Translations under genes and position numbers: made by a program | Notes under the pieces: generated by a model | Seen by the model: only the letters and a program-made list of their open reading frames with translations | Databases searched by the model: none | Told to the model about the DNA's origin: nothing | Shown here: positions 24,201-33,776 of the stretch, piece by piece | Numbering within the stretch: position 1 is the first letter of the stretch | How the letters are laid out: each line of letters starts with the position of its first letter | Virus record (IMG/VR): IMGVR_UViG_3300037307_000061 | Location: 1-47,773 of that record | DNA: 47,773 nucleotides | Direction: 5' to 3' (one strand) | Origin: a virus | Lineage: Duplodnaviria > Caudoviricetes

Positions 24201-26368
24201 ATACACAAAATATTTTAGCAATGGCTGATGCTACTAAAATATTAGATGACACTCAACGACAAATTATCGATAACTCAGGATTATTAGGAAATAAATTTAC
24301 TCAGGTTTTAATAAAATCTGGTAAATTAGACCCTAATAGTTTACAGCAATTATATAGTCAGCTTGTTTCAAGTTTCTTAGGAATTAGTGGACCAGCACCG
24401 GACATGCCATTAGCGGCTAAAGGTCTAGGTGGATTAGCATCAAGTGGTGGAATGATTGCTGAGTTTACAGGGGGAGCAGGAAAAGTACCATTAGGGCAAA
24501 GTTATTTTGAAGACCTTACAAAATTAAAAGATATTACAAAATTATTTACTTCAGAAGGACGACTCCAATATAATATTCCAATTAATGCAGAAAGTTTACT
24601 TCTTATTGATAGGGCTTTACAAGATATTAAAGGTACAATAGATGAAGATGTTTTTGCTAATATGGAAATGTCTATATTAGAAGCGGCTGCCGCTGGTTCT
24701 CAGTTATACCATGTACTATTTCAAATTGAATGGGTTAAAGCAGCCTTATCTGCTAAATCAGTAACAGGTTTAATTAAGCCTGAAGATGAGGCAAGAGCGA
24801 GAAAAATTTTGGATTTAATGAAGCAGTATGCCCCGCAATTAGAGTCTAATAAAGATGTTATGGGACGAGATTTAGGTTCAGTTGGTTTTGGTGGGGATGC
24901 TGTACCTAAGGGACAAGCAATGCTTGGCGAATGGTCTAGACTTATACAAGATTTATGGTTTAATCCTGATATAGACACTAAGGAATTTTCCGCTAGATTT
25001 GAACAAATGGCCAAGGATATAAATGAATCTCTAGGTGAGGGTATTAGATGGGAAGATACAGAATACAGACTTAAATTCTTGGCTAATTTAGCAAAGGCCG
25101 CAGGATTAGAGGGTATGCTGGCATTTGACGGGTGGAATAGGTCTATACTAGTAGCTAGTGCAGAATTAGAAACCATGCAGGAAACTCTTGATAAAATAAA
25201 AACTGATTTTATGGCTAATATTGCTAAAAGATCAGGAGAATTACAGAATAGAGTACAGGGTGGAGAATTTAAGGATAACCCACAAGAGGCCACCTATCTT
25301 AGACAGCAACTAGAGGGTATGGCGGGAGCCGAAGAAACAATTAATAAACTAAAGGCAGCATTAGATCAGCTTGATGTAACGGCACAATCAGCAGGGATAT
25401 CATTCGCAAACTTTGCTCAAGCAATTGCAGGAGATTTAGCTGAACCACTATCCACAATACCGGGCCTAGAAGATGCAGCAAGTCTATCTATGGATGGTTT
25501 AATAGATAGGTTATTTGCTTTAGGCGACGCGGCCAATTTAAGTAAACAACAATGGGTAAAATATTTAGATCAAATATCATTATTACCGGGATTATTAGAA
25601 AAAATTTCTAAAATACGAGTTGAACTAAAAATCCCTGTTGGTCTATCTTTATCAGGTTTTAAAGCCCAACTTGAAAAATTATTAAGGGGATTAAACGCAG
25701 CAAGCCGACTACCCGGTATAGGACCATTTATGGCCAATCTAGCATCCGGTATCCAAGCTATGCTTAGTACTGTAAACTCTGTCCAAAGTGAAATTACATC
25801 TTGGAGTAATACTACATCAAGTATACTACGCAGCGGTTCTGGTACTGGTAGTGGTACTGGTAGTAGTGGTGGTGGTGGTACTCGTCGTAACGGTAAAGAT
25901 GTATCGACACTTGATCTACCGGAAGAAATCGCTAACGCTGCTAATAGAAGTGCTTTAATTGCTGAAGCCATTAAGAGAGCCAAAGCATTACAGGCTAAAA
26001 TACCGGGAGCAAGAGCAGAAGCGAGTAATGATATCGTAGAATTACTAAAAGGAACACAAAGAATTCTTGAAGTGCGTGGAGTAAAAGATGATCTACTACG
26101 CAAGGCACTAGAAGAATTAGCGGACATAGAAAGAAAGCGACTTGAACAGCAGATGAAGGTTGATCAAATCTCCCGTATTAGGGTTAGTGGTGGTGGGTTT
26201 GCTTTATTGGCTAGCCTACCTACAAATGCTCTAGGAGTAAGTCTAGGTGGTCCAAATGGTCCTATTAACATCAACTTAAATATCAATGGTCAAGTATTAA
26301 CACCCGCACAGTTTGATCAATTAGCAGCAAAGATTGCTTACTACATTAAGAAAGAAATAGCGAGTTAG
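21233..26368 (+). CDS. tail tape measure protein
   Basis: 1711 aa, Ala/Gly/Gln-rich and helical. TP901-like core ('GLSVDEMIATV..L......EVATAFKN'), hydrophobic segments, follows the chaperones. Confidence 0.93.
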   Translation: MADVRVRFIGDAASLRAFYAQLGQETRAFGNAVGRDSEKIAKEFFNIGKNTPVQLGKVQTQVDNVNRTFRTMAATTVQWTEKVQRFTTAQQNLWKQWRASGQSIQNFAAGDRGLEDTLTKMEDRGPFSNMTEVNRVMLDQKEIIRGNVDAWESANRAVDGYKQQAVAALPTIRNLVNQAKALGPADPRNVTAANTGQIQNMTQMLNGLSNIYGRIQRTVVNGTVRYRDPETGQFLSPQYVTTLQNTMRQYANIITQLRQQRRQITSELTQQAEALKGVGTGGLSGIETARQARAAARLALPPVPQDFQQMMAADKKGQLLRLLGKSGFGMGQDTAGILNTMYGSNFRVVDDLVRGVTRVSGEFTDAKGRVKEFSAELDKSGNVVTRFGGQLRGLKQFTSQTIRDFQKVVEWTIATTIVFSTLRLTMEGLNIIKEFDTLLQRFGITAQLTTEQARNYFGEFAQIATATATPLKEMLTVADDIALGTRQAGQTTDEWKDKMMELANAVGIYTNLTGQDATQATDILVSSMKQLGIEAEDVIGILNKITAVAGGQAGAIADITQGLAVMAEAGKQAGLSVDEMIATVQVLSQVTAKSPAEVATAFKNLVGSLDNPAALKALEKYDIALKDAGGNLRNIIEIYSEIADKIRKGIIAESDVKALLRAISGGPRRLPDAAALLGNIDSVNETALKSVGATNEALLANEKILGTLQAKWTQLQNSIQKNLFGSFGADFRQLAESGIQFLRVLTDITSQFSSLVTLFIKFAVVALAARAALAGIKFVGTSFGDLAFAFSGGYKAMRNTVNETLRATDAQRGFNNAIRTTSYGALGYAQNLKNATNATSSYISRIVAWGKAAKGALLAAGVAGIAGGLLGGATTGDMAGALGSGLFAGGMGLAMVPSPYFITQIAGIAAMLGGFALTQTTGNDNKEKMRSEETQQALITLIKQYGEASDAYGKAQKDNEELGKTIEELNGKHKLTSDELIRLQDAQNSYTQNILAMADATKILDDTQRQIIDNSGLLGNKFTQVLIKSGKLDPNSLQQLYSQLVSSFLGISGPAPDMPLAAKGLGGLASSGGMIAEFTGGAGKVPLGQSYFEDLTKLKDITKLFTSEGRLQYNIPINAESLLLIDRALQDIKGTIDEDVFANMEMSILEAAAAGSQLYHVLFQIEWVKAALSAKSVTGLIKPEDEARARKILDLMKQYAPQLESNKDVMGRDLGSVGFGGDAVPKGQAMLGEWSRLIQDLWFNPDIDTKEFSARFEQMAKDINESLGEGIRWEDTEYRLKFLANLAKAAGLEGMLAFDGWNRSILVASAELETMQETLDKIKTDFMANIAKRSGELQNRVQGGEFKDNPQEATYLRQQLEGMAGAEETINKLKAALDQLDVTAQSAGISFANFAQAIAGDLAEPLSTIPGLEDAASLSMDGLIDRLFALGDAANLSKQQWVKYLDQISLLPGLLEKISKIRVELKIPVGLSLSGFKAQLEKLLRGLNAASRLPGIGPFMANLASGIQAMLSTVNSVQSEITSWSNTTSSILRSGSGTGSGTGSSGGGGTRRNGKDVSTLDLPEEIANAANRSALIAEAIKRAKALQAKIPGARAEASNDIVELLKGTQRILEVRGVKDDLLRKALEELADIERKRLEQQMKVDQISRIRVSGGGFALLASLPTNALGVSLGGPNGPININLNINGQVLTPAQFDQLAAKIAYYIKKEIAS

Positions 26369-26382
26369 GGAGGGTAATTGAT

Positions 26383-27213
26383 ATGCCTTTAGGACCAACC
26401 CCGTCATATAAAGTAATATTTAATGGGTATCAGTTACCCGGTTATGTACAGGAAGAATCAACTGATTTTAATTTTGGCACAGTAAATAGCCCTGTTCCCT
26501 ATTCGTTAAACGGTAGTGTGCAGCAGTATGCTGGAATTCATAACAAGATTGTATCACTTCGATTAAAGGTATGGGAACAAGATTTATTAACTTGTAAAAC
26601 TGAGATAGCGAGAGCAGCAGACTTTCTAATGAGTAGAATTAACAGTCCGTCCAATCTCTATGTTGGTTATACAGACAGGCACTTAACAGCGGTTCCAGTA
26701 ACAGTAAGAAGACAAAAAGAAACGAGTACTTCTTCTAGGACTTTAGAGTATGATGTAGATTTTAACTGCCGACCGTATTTTATAGGGGAAACAACTTATA
26801 CTATAAGTGGTTCAATTGTTGGAACAGGAACAACTTACTTATCAACATCATCTTTATTTTCGGGGACCAGAAATATAGGAGAGGACGGTACATGGACCCC
26901 TGTAAGAATAACACTTACAGGAACAAATGTAACAATTTCCGGCTATACTGAAGAGGCCAATAAATACACACCATTTGTAGGTACATTTCATTCAGAGCAA
27001 ACAGGGTTTATATCTGTTTCTGGTGCTGTAACAAATATGCAAATCTTACCAGAAACCTTAACCGCTACAATAAATGGAGCAAATGCTAATGATAGAATGT
27101 TGTGGACAGATTATAGTTTATATGTAGCACCTTCAGTTACTCATACAGGTTTTAAAGTAACAGGAACAAATGTATCTATATTAATGAATTATGAGAATAG
27201 GTGGGCACTATAA
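26383..27213 (+). CDS. putative distal tail protein (Dit-like)
   Basis: First gene after TMP; 'FNGY.L', 'YDVDFNCRPYF.G' and C-terminal 'Y.NRW' are Dit-like. Confidence 0.7.
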   Translation: MPLGPTPSYKVIFNGYQLPGYVQEESTDFNFGTVNSPVPYSLNGSVQQYAGIHNKIVSLRLKVWEQDLLTCKTEIARAADFLMSRINSPSNLYVGYTDRHLTAVPVTVRRQKETSTSSRTLEYDVDFNCRPYFIGETTYTISGSIVGTGTTYLSTSSLFSGTRNIGEDGTWTPVRITLTGTNVTISGYTEEANKYTPFVGTFHSEQTGFISVSGAVTNMQILPETLTATINGANANDRMLWTDYSLYVAPSVTHTGFKVTGTNVSILMNYENRWAL

Positions 27214-30200
27214 TGGCACTTTTAATTAGAATAACAAACGGGGATGAGTCTAATCCCATAGTATTAGAAGATGCTAGTGAAATAATACTCTATGAAAGAT
27301 TTAAAGATAAGAGTAATATTAGATTTACTTTACCACCTAATGACCCTAAGATAAAATCTATAGGTATAGAAAATTTGTATACTAAATTATGGGAGTGCTG
27401 GGATACTGCTACAAATGAACGCTTGGATCATGGCCCTATACACAATGTATCAGAATCAGATTCAAATAACTTAGAAATTACTGGTCCCGGTAAGGCTCAA
27501 TTCTTAGAAGATATTATATCTTCCAAGCGTACTTACTTTTATCCTATTAATAGATTATTAGATGATCTTCGATACGAAAACTTGTCTATTGCACCGGCTA
27601 CCACAGCATGGGCGGTGGGTAATGATTCTCCCTCTAATATTAATGTTATAGATGCTACCGTAAATAGTGCGCCAATTGCTACTGGACCTTTTCTAGTATC
27701 TGCTATGCAAGTTGGTCCAACAGATACTTTTGATCAAGAAAAATTTAATGGTCTTTCCAAAAAAACTGCTATCAATGCGATTGATGATCTTGATCCTTCT
27801 TATGATTTTGGTGCTAATAAACCTAAAAATACTTGGTATACTACTAATTATTATTGGGCGGGGTCAAATAATTCAGATACATTAATAGTAGATTTAGGTA
27901 AAACATTTAAAGTTGCTAAGGTATCGTTATTATTTCCTTGGTGGGGTGGTCCTGCTACAACTTCAAATAGAACCTATGATTGGGCACTATTTTATTCAAG
28001 AGATGATGAGGCTAATCCTTTATCCCCTGATCGTATAATCGGTAAACCACACGCTTATATTTATCCCTCTCATTATGAACCTGAAGATTGGTACTCTTGG
28101 TTTAGACCACCTTTTCCTAACAAACTTGTTACTTCCCCACATAATGAAATATATGTATATGCTACTGCAAGTGGTTACGAGCCTTGGCAATACTTAGCAG
28201 GAACAGGAAATCCTATTGAAGCACGACATATTATGGTTGATATTCCTTATGTATATGCTTGGTATGGAAGTATTTGGGACGATGCAAATCCTACTAATAG
28301 GTGGAATTATCAATGTAATCCCAGCTTTGTTCCGGGGTACCCCGCTTTAGTTACTCCACCTGATCTTAGATATGGAAATTATAGTTATTATGATAGTGGC
28401 GGTATAGGTACAGGCTGGACAAGTAAAAAAGGATTAATGACGGGCAAAACTTTTTCTTCGTCAGCTATCGATGCACGCGGAGATTGTCGTGCATCTCTGG
28501 TAGAGGTTGGCGTTTATCGTGAAATATTCAAAAGAAAAAAAATAACTAACCATGTTCTTAGACAAATACAGCATGATAATAGACAAATTACTTATCAACA
28601 TACTCCTGATGCCACAGAAACTAGAACAATTAATAAAAGCGGTACTAATTATAGATATTTTGAACCCGGTACTTTTTTTAAAAGCGTAGTATTAAATTAT
28701 ACTACTGGTTCATCTCTATACGATAAATTTTATAAAAATGATTGTTCTAGTTGTTATGGGAAATTTAGTTTTGGCTTATTAGATCAAAATAATAGTATGA
28801 TAAAATACTCAACTGAATTAAGTAAAACATTTTCAAATGTTACAGTAAATTTACCAGCATTTACTAAACATATAATTATAAAACCGGGAAATTCTTCTAC
28901 TGTAGTAACAAGTGTGGATGCATGGCATGGTAAAATGGATGGGCTATCTTTTGGTGGCAGTTATGCTTATACTCATAAAGCAGGAGATACGGCTATCGTA
29001 CACTTTAGAGGAACATCATTTATCTGGTGGTCAACGGTTCCTGCTGGCTCTGATGCCGGTCAAGTTAAAATTGAAATACGCTCTAAACCAGATGGCAGTA
29101 ATTGGGGTGCATGGTCAACAATAGTTGATTCACTTACTTTACCTGTAGGAGTAGCTGCCTATAAGGTATGGGAAATTCCACTTAACTCAGGAATACTTGT
29201 AGAGAATACTGTATATGAAATTAAAATTACAACACTTAATTCAGGGTTTGTTAGTATCGATGGTTTCGGTGGCTACTGGGAGTCAGAATATTCAGAGATT
29301 AATGAAGACCACGAAAAAGTTAGAATGTCTAGTCCAAATAATTTTAAGCAAATTTATAATGAAAAATTATCAAATGCTTCAGCCTATAAACTAAATAAAA
29401 CAGGGTCTTCATTATCATATACCTTTAAAGGTGATAGAGTACTATTAAAAATGGCGAAAGGTCCAAATAATGGACGAGTAAAAATATGGATAACCCGTGG
29501 TTATAGACCATACGACGCACTTGATGCTGTAGTAAATATACCCGGCGGCAATACTGATGGTAGTTTAGTACTAGACATGGAAACAGGGACAAGCCGTGGG
29601 CATGTTATACCTCAAGCTGTAGTATTTGATAGTAAAAATTACTTTGCAGATGGACTTCCTTGGGGAACATACACAATAAGTTTATGTCTAGAAAGAATTG
29701 AAAAGAAAAAAATACCTGCCAACGAGGCAACCGACGAAGATTTTGTTAATACTTGTGACAAATGTAGAATAACTTCATCTAAAACACAGGTAACAATTGT
29801 TAAACCTCTTTATATTGATGGGTTTGGCGCTCATGAAGAAACAGGTATAAGTCTTAAATTTGTAAATGAAAACCAATTTAAACAATTACAAACAGTTTGT
29901 GATTCATTACATATGGATTGGGAGATAACTACAAAAGATGAACTTAATGTGGTTCCGCGTATAGGTACTGATTATAATATTATTATTAAAGAAGGTCATG
30001 ATGTTTTAGTTAGAAAACAGATTGTAAGGGACGCAAGTGTAGTTGCAACACACTTGTTATCTTATGCGGGAGATGTAAATGGAGAGCCAATCTATAATGT
30101 ATTAGAAGATAAGTATAATTCGGCTATTATGGGTAGAACAGTTACCCGTACATATGACTATAAAAATTTAACTGATTATATTACGCTAGCAGGAGCGCAG

Positions 30201-30416
30201 AGAATAGAGTTAGAAAAACGAAGACGAAAACCAGAATACAGGATTATGGTAACGCTAGCAAATACAGATTATGGGCTTAAAAATGGAGATACTTTTAGAC
30301 TAAAGGCTAAAGACTTTGATGAAAGAGTACAAGTTATTGCTAAATCTTCAGGGCAGAGTGTTTCAGAGGGCCGTTATTATGAGTTGGAGTGTGTTAAATG
30401 GGTACCGATGATCTAA
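27213..30416 (+). CDS. tail tip hub protein (Tal-like) with inserted discoidin/galactose-binding-like domains
   Basis: Position after Dit; 'LIVDLGKTFKVAKVSL' (F5/8-type) and two 'G...F.G.......G...G.V.I' beta-sandwich repeats. TAATG overlap at 27213. Confidence 0.65.
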   Translation: MALLIRITNGDESNPIVLEDASEIILYERFKDKSNIRFTLPPNDPKIKSIGIENLYTKLWECWDTATNERLDHGPIHNVSESDSNNLEITGPGKAQFLEDIISSKRTYFYPINRLLDDLRYENLSIAPATTAWAVGNDSPSNINVIDATVNSAPIATGPFLVSAMQVGPTDTFDQEKFNGLSKKTAINAIDDLDPSYDFGANKPKNTWYTTNYYWAGSNNSDTLIVDLGKTFKVAKVSLLFPWWGGPATTSNRTYDWALFYSRDDEANPLSPDRIIGKPHAYIYPSHYEPEDWYSWFRPPFPNKLVTSPHNEIYVYATASGYEPWQYLAGTGNPIEARHIMVDIPYVYAWYGSIWDDANPTNRWNYQCNPSFVPGYPALVTPPDLRYGNYSYYDSGGIGTGWTSKKGLMTGKTFSSSAIDARGDCRASLVEVGVYREIFKRKKITNHVLRQIQHDNRQITYQHTPDATETRTINKSGTNYRYFEPGTFFKSVVLNYTTGSSLYDKFYKNDCSSCYGKFSFGLLDQNNSMIKYSTELSKTFSNVTVNLPAFTKHIIIKPGNSSTVVTSVDAWHGKMDGLSFGGSYAYTHKAGDTAIVHFRGTSFIWWSTVPAGSDAGQVKIEIRSKPDGSNWGAWSTIVDSLTLPVGVAAYKVWEIPLNSGILVENTVYEIKITTLNSGFVSIDGFGGYWESEYSEINEDHEKVRMSSPNNFKQIYNEKLSNASAYKLNKTGSSLSYTFKGDRVLLKMAKGPNNGRVKIWITRGYRPYDALDAVVNIPGGNTDGSLVLDMETGTSRGHVIPQAVVFDSKNYFADGLPWGTYTISLCLERIEKKKIPANEATDEDFVNTCDKCRITSSKTQVTIVKPLYIDGFGAHEETGISLKFVNENQFKQLQTVCDSLHMDWEITTKDELNVVPRIGTDYNIIIKEGHDVLVRKQIVRDASVVATHLLSYAGDVNGEPIYNVLEDKYNSAIMGRTVTRTYDYKNLTDYITLAGAQRIELEKRRRKPEYRIMVTLANTDYGLKNGDTFRLKAKDFDERVQVIAKSSGQSVSEGRYYELECVKWVPMI

Positions 30417-31765
30417 GAAAAATTTCGCGGACTATAAATACTGCCAATAAAGAAGCTCGTTATGCTTCAACAAGAGCGCTAACTCAACACGCCAAAATTG
30501 AACGAGTAAGAGATGTAGTTAATCCTTTACAGCCATTTAAGATGCAGTTTAATATCGAGGATAATACTAAAATTGCTGTGAAGTTTGATCTTGTAACTAT
30601 TCCACCCGCACCCGGCGAATCTCCTATTGTAGTTGGTACAGGACTTGGCTCAACTGATCCTTCTGGTTCTGGTACTCAAACAATTTATATTGATCCAAGA
30701 GTTGGGCATTTTACTCCCTCGGGATTTAGTTATTTTACAGGATATCCACGCACATTAGGACCAACTGTAGATGATAATTTAGCATTTATTACTAATGAGG
30801 ATTTATATTATGTATATTCCCCCGGTTATACTGTCAGACCCGGTAATGTATACACCTTCACTAAACAAGTAACAATTACTGGGGTAGGATTTTTCTCTGA
30901 ACCTTCTAGTGATTTTGAAATTACTGTAGGTAAAACAGGGCCGGGTGGAATTTCAGATGAACCTTACGATAATCCAGACCCGGTAATATCTACACCTACG
31001 GACTCATCATTTGATTGGCAAGAAACTTATGAGTTAGCAACGGGGGCTAGAAATACACACCATAGTAGTTATACTGGTGGTAATTCTTATGGCTGGCATG
31101 TAATTACAGGATTAAATTATACTTTTAGTGGTGGAGATATAGGTATATTTTTATTCAAAGGAACTAGTTTAAGACCTATTCCTAACTCTAATAACTACTA
31201 TCAATCTGTAGCATTACATGATACAAATGTTTCATTTTTTCCTTTTGCAAAATATTACGGCTGTAACATCTACCAAGTTGGCTACCCTAGAGGTAGTGAA
31301 GAGGATTATTTTGTCCAAGTATGGCCACCAGATAATCCTATAGTATCGCCTACTATTGGTGTTAACTACGAGGGTCCGCCATCACCACCAACTTTGCATG
31401 GTATAATTAATACACCCGCAGGGGCACCAGTACCACAATATTCTATGATGCTACTAACTACTGATTCTGTACCTACAGGGGCAGAACAGTTGGATGAAGT
31501 ACCATTAGGAATTAATGGTCAATCTTATGGTGATCCTGCATATATTTTTGGAACTAGAGAATTTCAAACATTGTTTAATTATCGACCGGGAACACTAAGA
31601 GTATGGATTAATGGTATTCAACAAATAATTCAACCTATGCCGGGATTAGGAGAGGTTCCTAACTATTCTGTACAAGAAACTGATTTAAATAAATTTGAGT
31701 TAGCAGAAGATGTTGCCGCATTAGAGGATTGGGAACGAATAACTTGTAGTTATATTGTGGGGTAA
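30398..31765 (+). CDS. minor tail protein
   Basis: Tail tip cluster, Pro/Gly/Thr-rich. C-terminal 'YRPGTLRVWINGI.Q...ETD...F.L.........CSY' small domain. Confidence 0.6.
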   Translation: MGTDDLRKISRTINTANKEARYASTRALTQHAKIERVRDVVNPLQPFKMQFNIEDNTKIAVKFDLVTIPPAPGESPIVVGTGLGSTDPSGSGTQTIYIDPRVGHFTPSGFSYFTGYPRTLGPTVDDNLAFITNEDLYYVYSPGYTVRPGNVYTFTKQVTITGVGFFSEPSSDFEITVGKTGPGGISDEPYDNPDPVISTPTDSSFDWQETYELATGARNTHHSSYTGGNSYGWHVITGLNYTFSGGDIGIFLFKGTSLRPIPNSNNYYQSVALHDTNVSFFPFAKYYGCNIYQVGYPRGSEEDYFVQVWPPDNPIVSPTIGVNYEGPPSPPTLHGIINTPAGAPVPQYSMMLLTTDSVPTGAEQLDEVPLGINGQSYGDPAYIFGTREFQTLFNYRPGTLRVWINGIQQIIQPMPGLGEVPNYSVQETDLNKFELAEDVAALEDWERITCSYIVG

Positions 31766-31767
31766 TT

Positions 31768-32772
31768 ATGTCACGAACAGTATTAGGTCAATTTATTATA
31801 GAGGCTGATAGGTCTACCAAGAAAAAATTGCCCACCCATACACCTATTTATCATCTTAATGAGGATTGTTATTGTAATACCTCGTTGGCTAATTTTACAT
31901 TAATAGGAAGACAGAACGAGGTTTCTAAAACAAGCAGATCAGATGATGAAACAGCACAAGATTCTCATGATAAACCTGTTACGGTTAGTTTAAATTTACA
32001 AGCTTTTCCTACGATTAAACAATATCCCTATTTTGGTTCAGGTCTATATGTAAGACGAGCAGAAGATGGGAGCATGGAAAGAGTTTTAGATTATAACCCC
32101 GGTCCATTTACAACAACTGTGGGAAGTACTAAGCCTGTCTCTTCTGGTGGATTTTTATCTCTTCATAGTCATTCTACTAGAAATGTTTATTATTGTACTA
32201 AAGATACCTATGTTACTCGTATTGTTTATTATACGCATTTACTTGGTGGGCCATGTGGAGCATGGAATGATTATCATTTATTTATAGCAGAGAGTGACGA
32301 TATAGTAGCCGCTAGTGTATGTGGATTAAGAATGGATATGCCCTCTCCCTCTATGTGGCAAAATTCTGTGGGTGCAGCAAATAATACTTATGTTGGTTGC
32401 GATAAAGTTAGTGTACCTATAGCACCTTTAATGTTTAAATTTGACCCACCAGTACACTTAAAAGCGGGTTATATGTATAGTATACATTGCACAACAAGCC
32501 CAATGGCTGCTTTAGGTCAATTAGGAACAGCTAGGCATGACCCACCTTGGGGTGTATTTATAAAAGCTGTTGTAGGTGAAGAGGATTTTACTTATGATTG
32601 TGGTTATGATTGGTATGATAATTTTGAACAAAGTACAGTTTATTGTGATCGAGCATTTAAAATGACTATATATACAACAGATGATGTAGAAGAAGATATT
32701 GATACTATACAAGAAGATACAGAAGTAACTGGATCATATAATAGTGAAACAGGGGTGTGGGTCTTTGATTAA
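31768..32772 (+). CDS. minor tail / receptor-binding-like protein
   Basis: Tail tip cluster; 'FKFDPPVHLKAGYMYSI' beta-sandwich motif; Cys/Tyr-rich. Confidence 0.55.
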   Translation: MSRTVLGQFIIEADRSTKKKLPTHTPIYHLNEDCYCNTSLANFTLIGRQNEVSKTSRSDDETAQDSHDKPVTVSLNLQAFPTIKQYPYFGSGLYVRRAEDGSMERVLDYNPGPFTTTVGSTKPVSSGGFLSLHSHSTRNVYYCTKDTYVTRIVYYTHLLGGPCGAWNDYHLFIAESDDIVAASVCGLRMDMPSPSMWQNSVGAANNTYVGCDKVSVPIAPLMFKFDPPVHLKAGYMYSIHCTTSPMAALGQLGTARHDPPWGVFIKAVVGEEDFTYDCGYDWYDNFEQSTVYCDRAFKMTIYTTDDVEEDIDTIQEDTEVTGSYNSETGVWVFD

Positions 32773-32938
32773 TAATCAGCAATTATTCAGATTTTTAAAG
32801 AATGGGCTTAAAAATACATCAAAAGATGTTATACCCAACGCAGCTTGGAGACAGGTTGGCGACAAAGTTTACTGGTATGGTCAGGTTGACCCGAATGACA
32901 GATGGATGATTGAGAAGCATCCTAGAACGGGAGGTTAA
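32744..32938 (+). CDS. small hypothetical protein
   Basis: Fills the gap between adjacent genes; the true start is uncertain. Confidence 0.45.
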   Translation: MKQGCGSLINNQQLFRFLKNGLKNTSKDVIPNAAWRQVGDKVYWYGQVDPNDRWMIEKHPRTGG

Positions 32939-32939
32939 T

Positions 32940-33767
32940 GTGGGAACAATAAAGATAAACCCATTAACACAAATACGATGGGAGTTGTGGGGAGAAAGTG
33001 AGTCAGGTATACCCGTTATTTCAATTGCCCCTCATGCCTATACACACGATATAAACGGGGGCGACCCTGTATATATCACTATTCCTCAAGTTAATGGTTT
33101 ATCTGATATTGTTAATATGTTACCACAATTATTAAGCGCTGATACCTCTGCAACGGTATCAGGTTATTGGGAATTTGCAAATACTCTAACGGCTGATATT
33201 CTTACAGCACCAAAAGTGACCGTAAATAGTATTCAATTTACACCAATGGTTAGACCTGATGATCTAGCTATTGGTGAAATATACATGGATATTGATAATC
33301 AACTTTATCTCCAAACAGTATACGGTACTAAACCTTTTACTATGGCTCATAGCACTTCACCTTGGATAAGGGTTATGTTTGCACAAGCAAGAACCTATAT
33401 TATGGGTACAACTGTTCAGGCTCTTGGGCAAGCACGAACCACTATCTATCGAATGGGCTTTGCTGGTGCGCAAGGAATTGTTAGAACCCAGTATAAAAAT
33501 ACTGGTATGTCCAGAGTCAAAATTGCTCGTCATATTGTTAGAACATCTCAAGCACAGGCAATTGTATCGGCTACTATGAGGTATCGCTATCAAGCACAAG
33601 CGCTAGCGATTATTTATACAGGAAAAGATTTGGTGGGCTTGGGACAAAGCTTTGCTAATATAGAAGTACCTTATCCAAAGCAGGGCTTCTCACAGGCAGA
33701 AGCAAAGATTAATGCATTTGCTGTAATGGGCCATGCTAATGCGATAGCCTTTATAGATTATATATAG
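32940..33767 (+). CDS. tail-associated protein with C-terminal GQAQAxI repeats
   Basis: GGAGGT RBS before GTG 32940. 'HAYTHDINGGDP' fibre-type motif, then FAQARTYI, LGQARTTI, SQAQAIV, AQALAII, LGQSFANI, FSQAEAKI. Confidence 0.75.
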   Translation: MGTIKINPLTQIRWELWGESESGIPVISIAPHAYTHDINGGDPVYITIPQVNGLSDIVNMLPQLLSADTSATVSGYWEFANTLTADILTAPKVTVNSIQFTPMVRPDDLAIGEIYMDIDNQLYLQTVYGTKPFTMAHSTSPWIRVMFAQARTYIMGTTVQALGQARTTIYRMGFAGAQGIVRTQYKNTGMSRVKIARHIVRTSQAQAIVSATMRYRYQAQALAIIYTGKDLVGLGQSFANIEVPYPKQGFSQAEAKINAFAVMGHANAIAFIDYI

Positions 33768-33776
33768 GGTGATTTT

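Noticed and set aside
25832-25880. GGT-rich low-complexity run in the tape measure gene
   Set aside because: It simply encodes a Gly/Ser/Thr linker (SGSGTGSGTGSSGGGGT), common near TMP C-termini.
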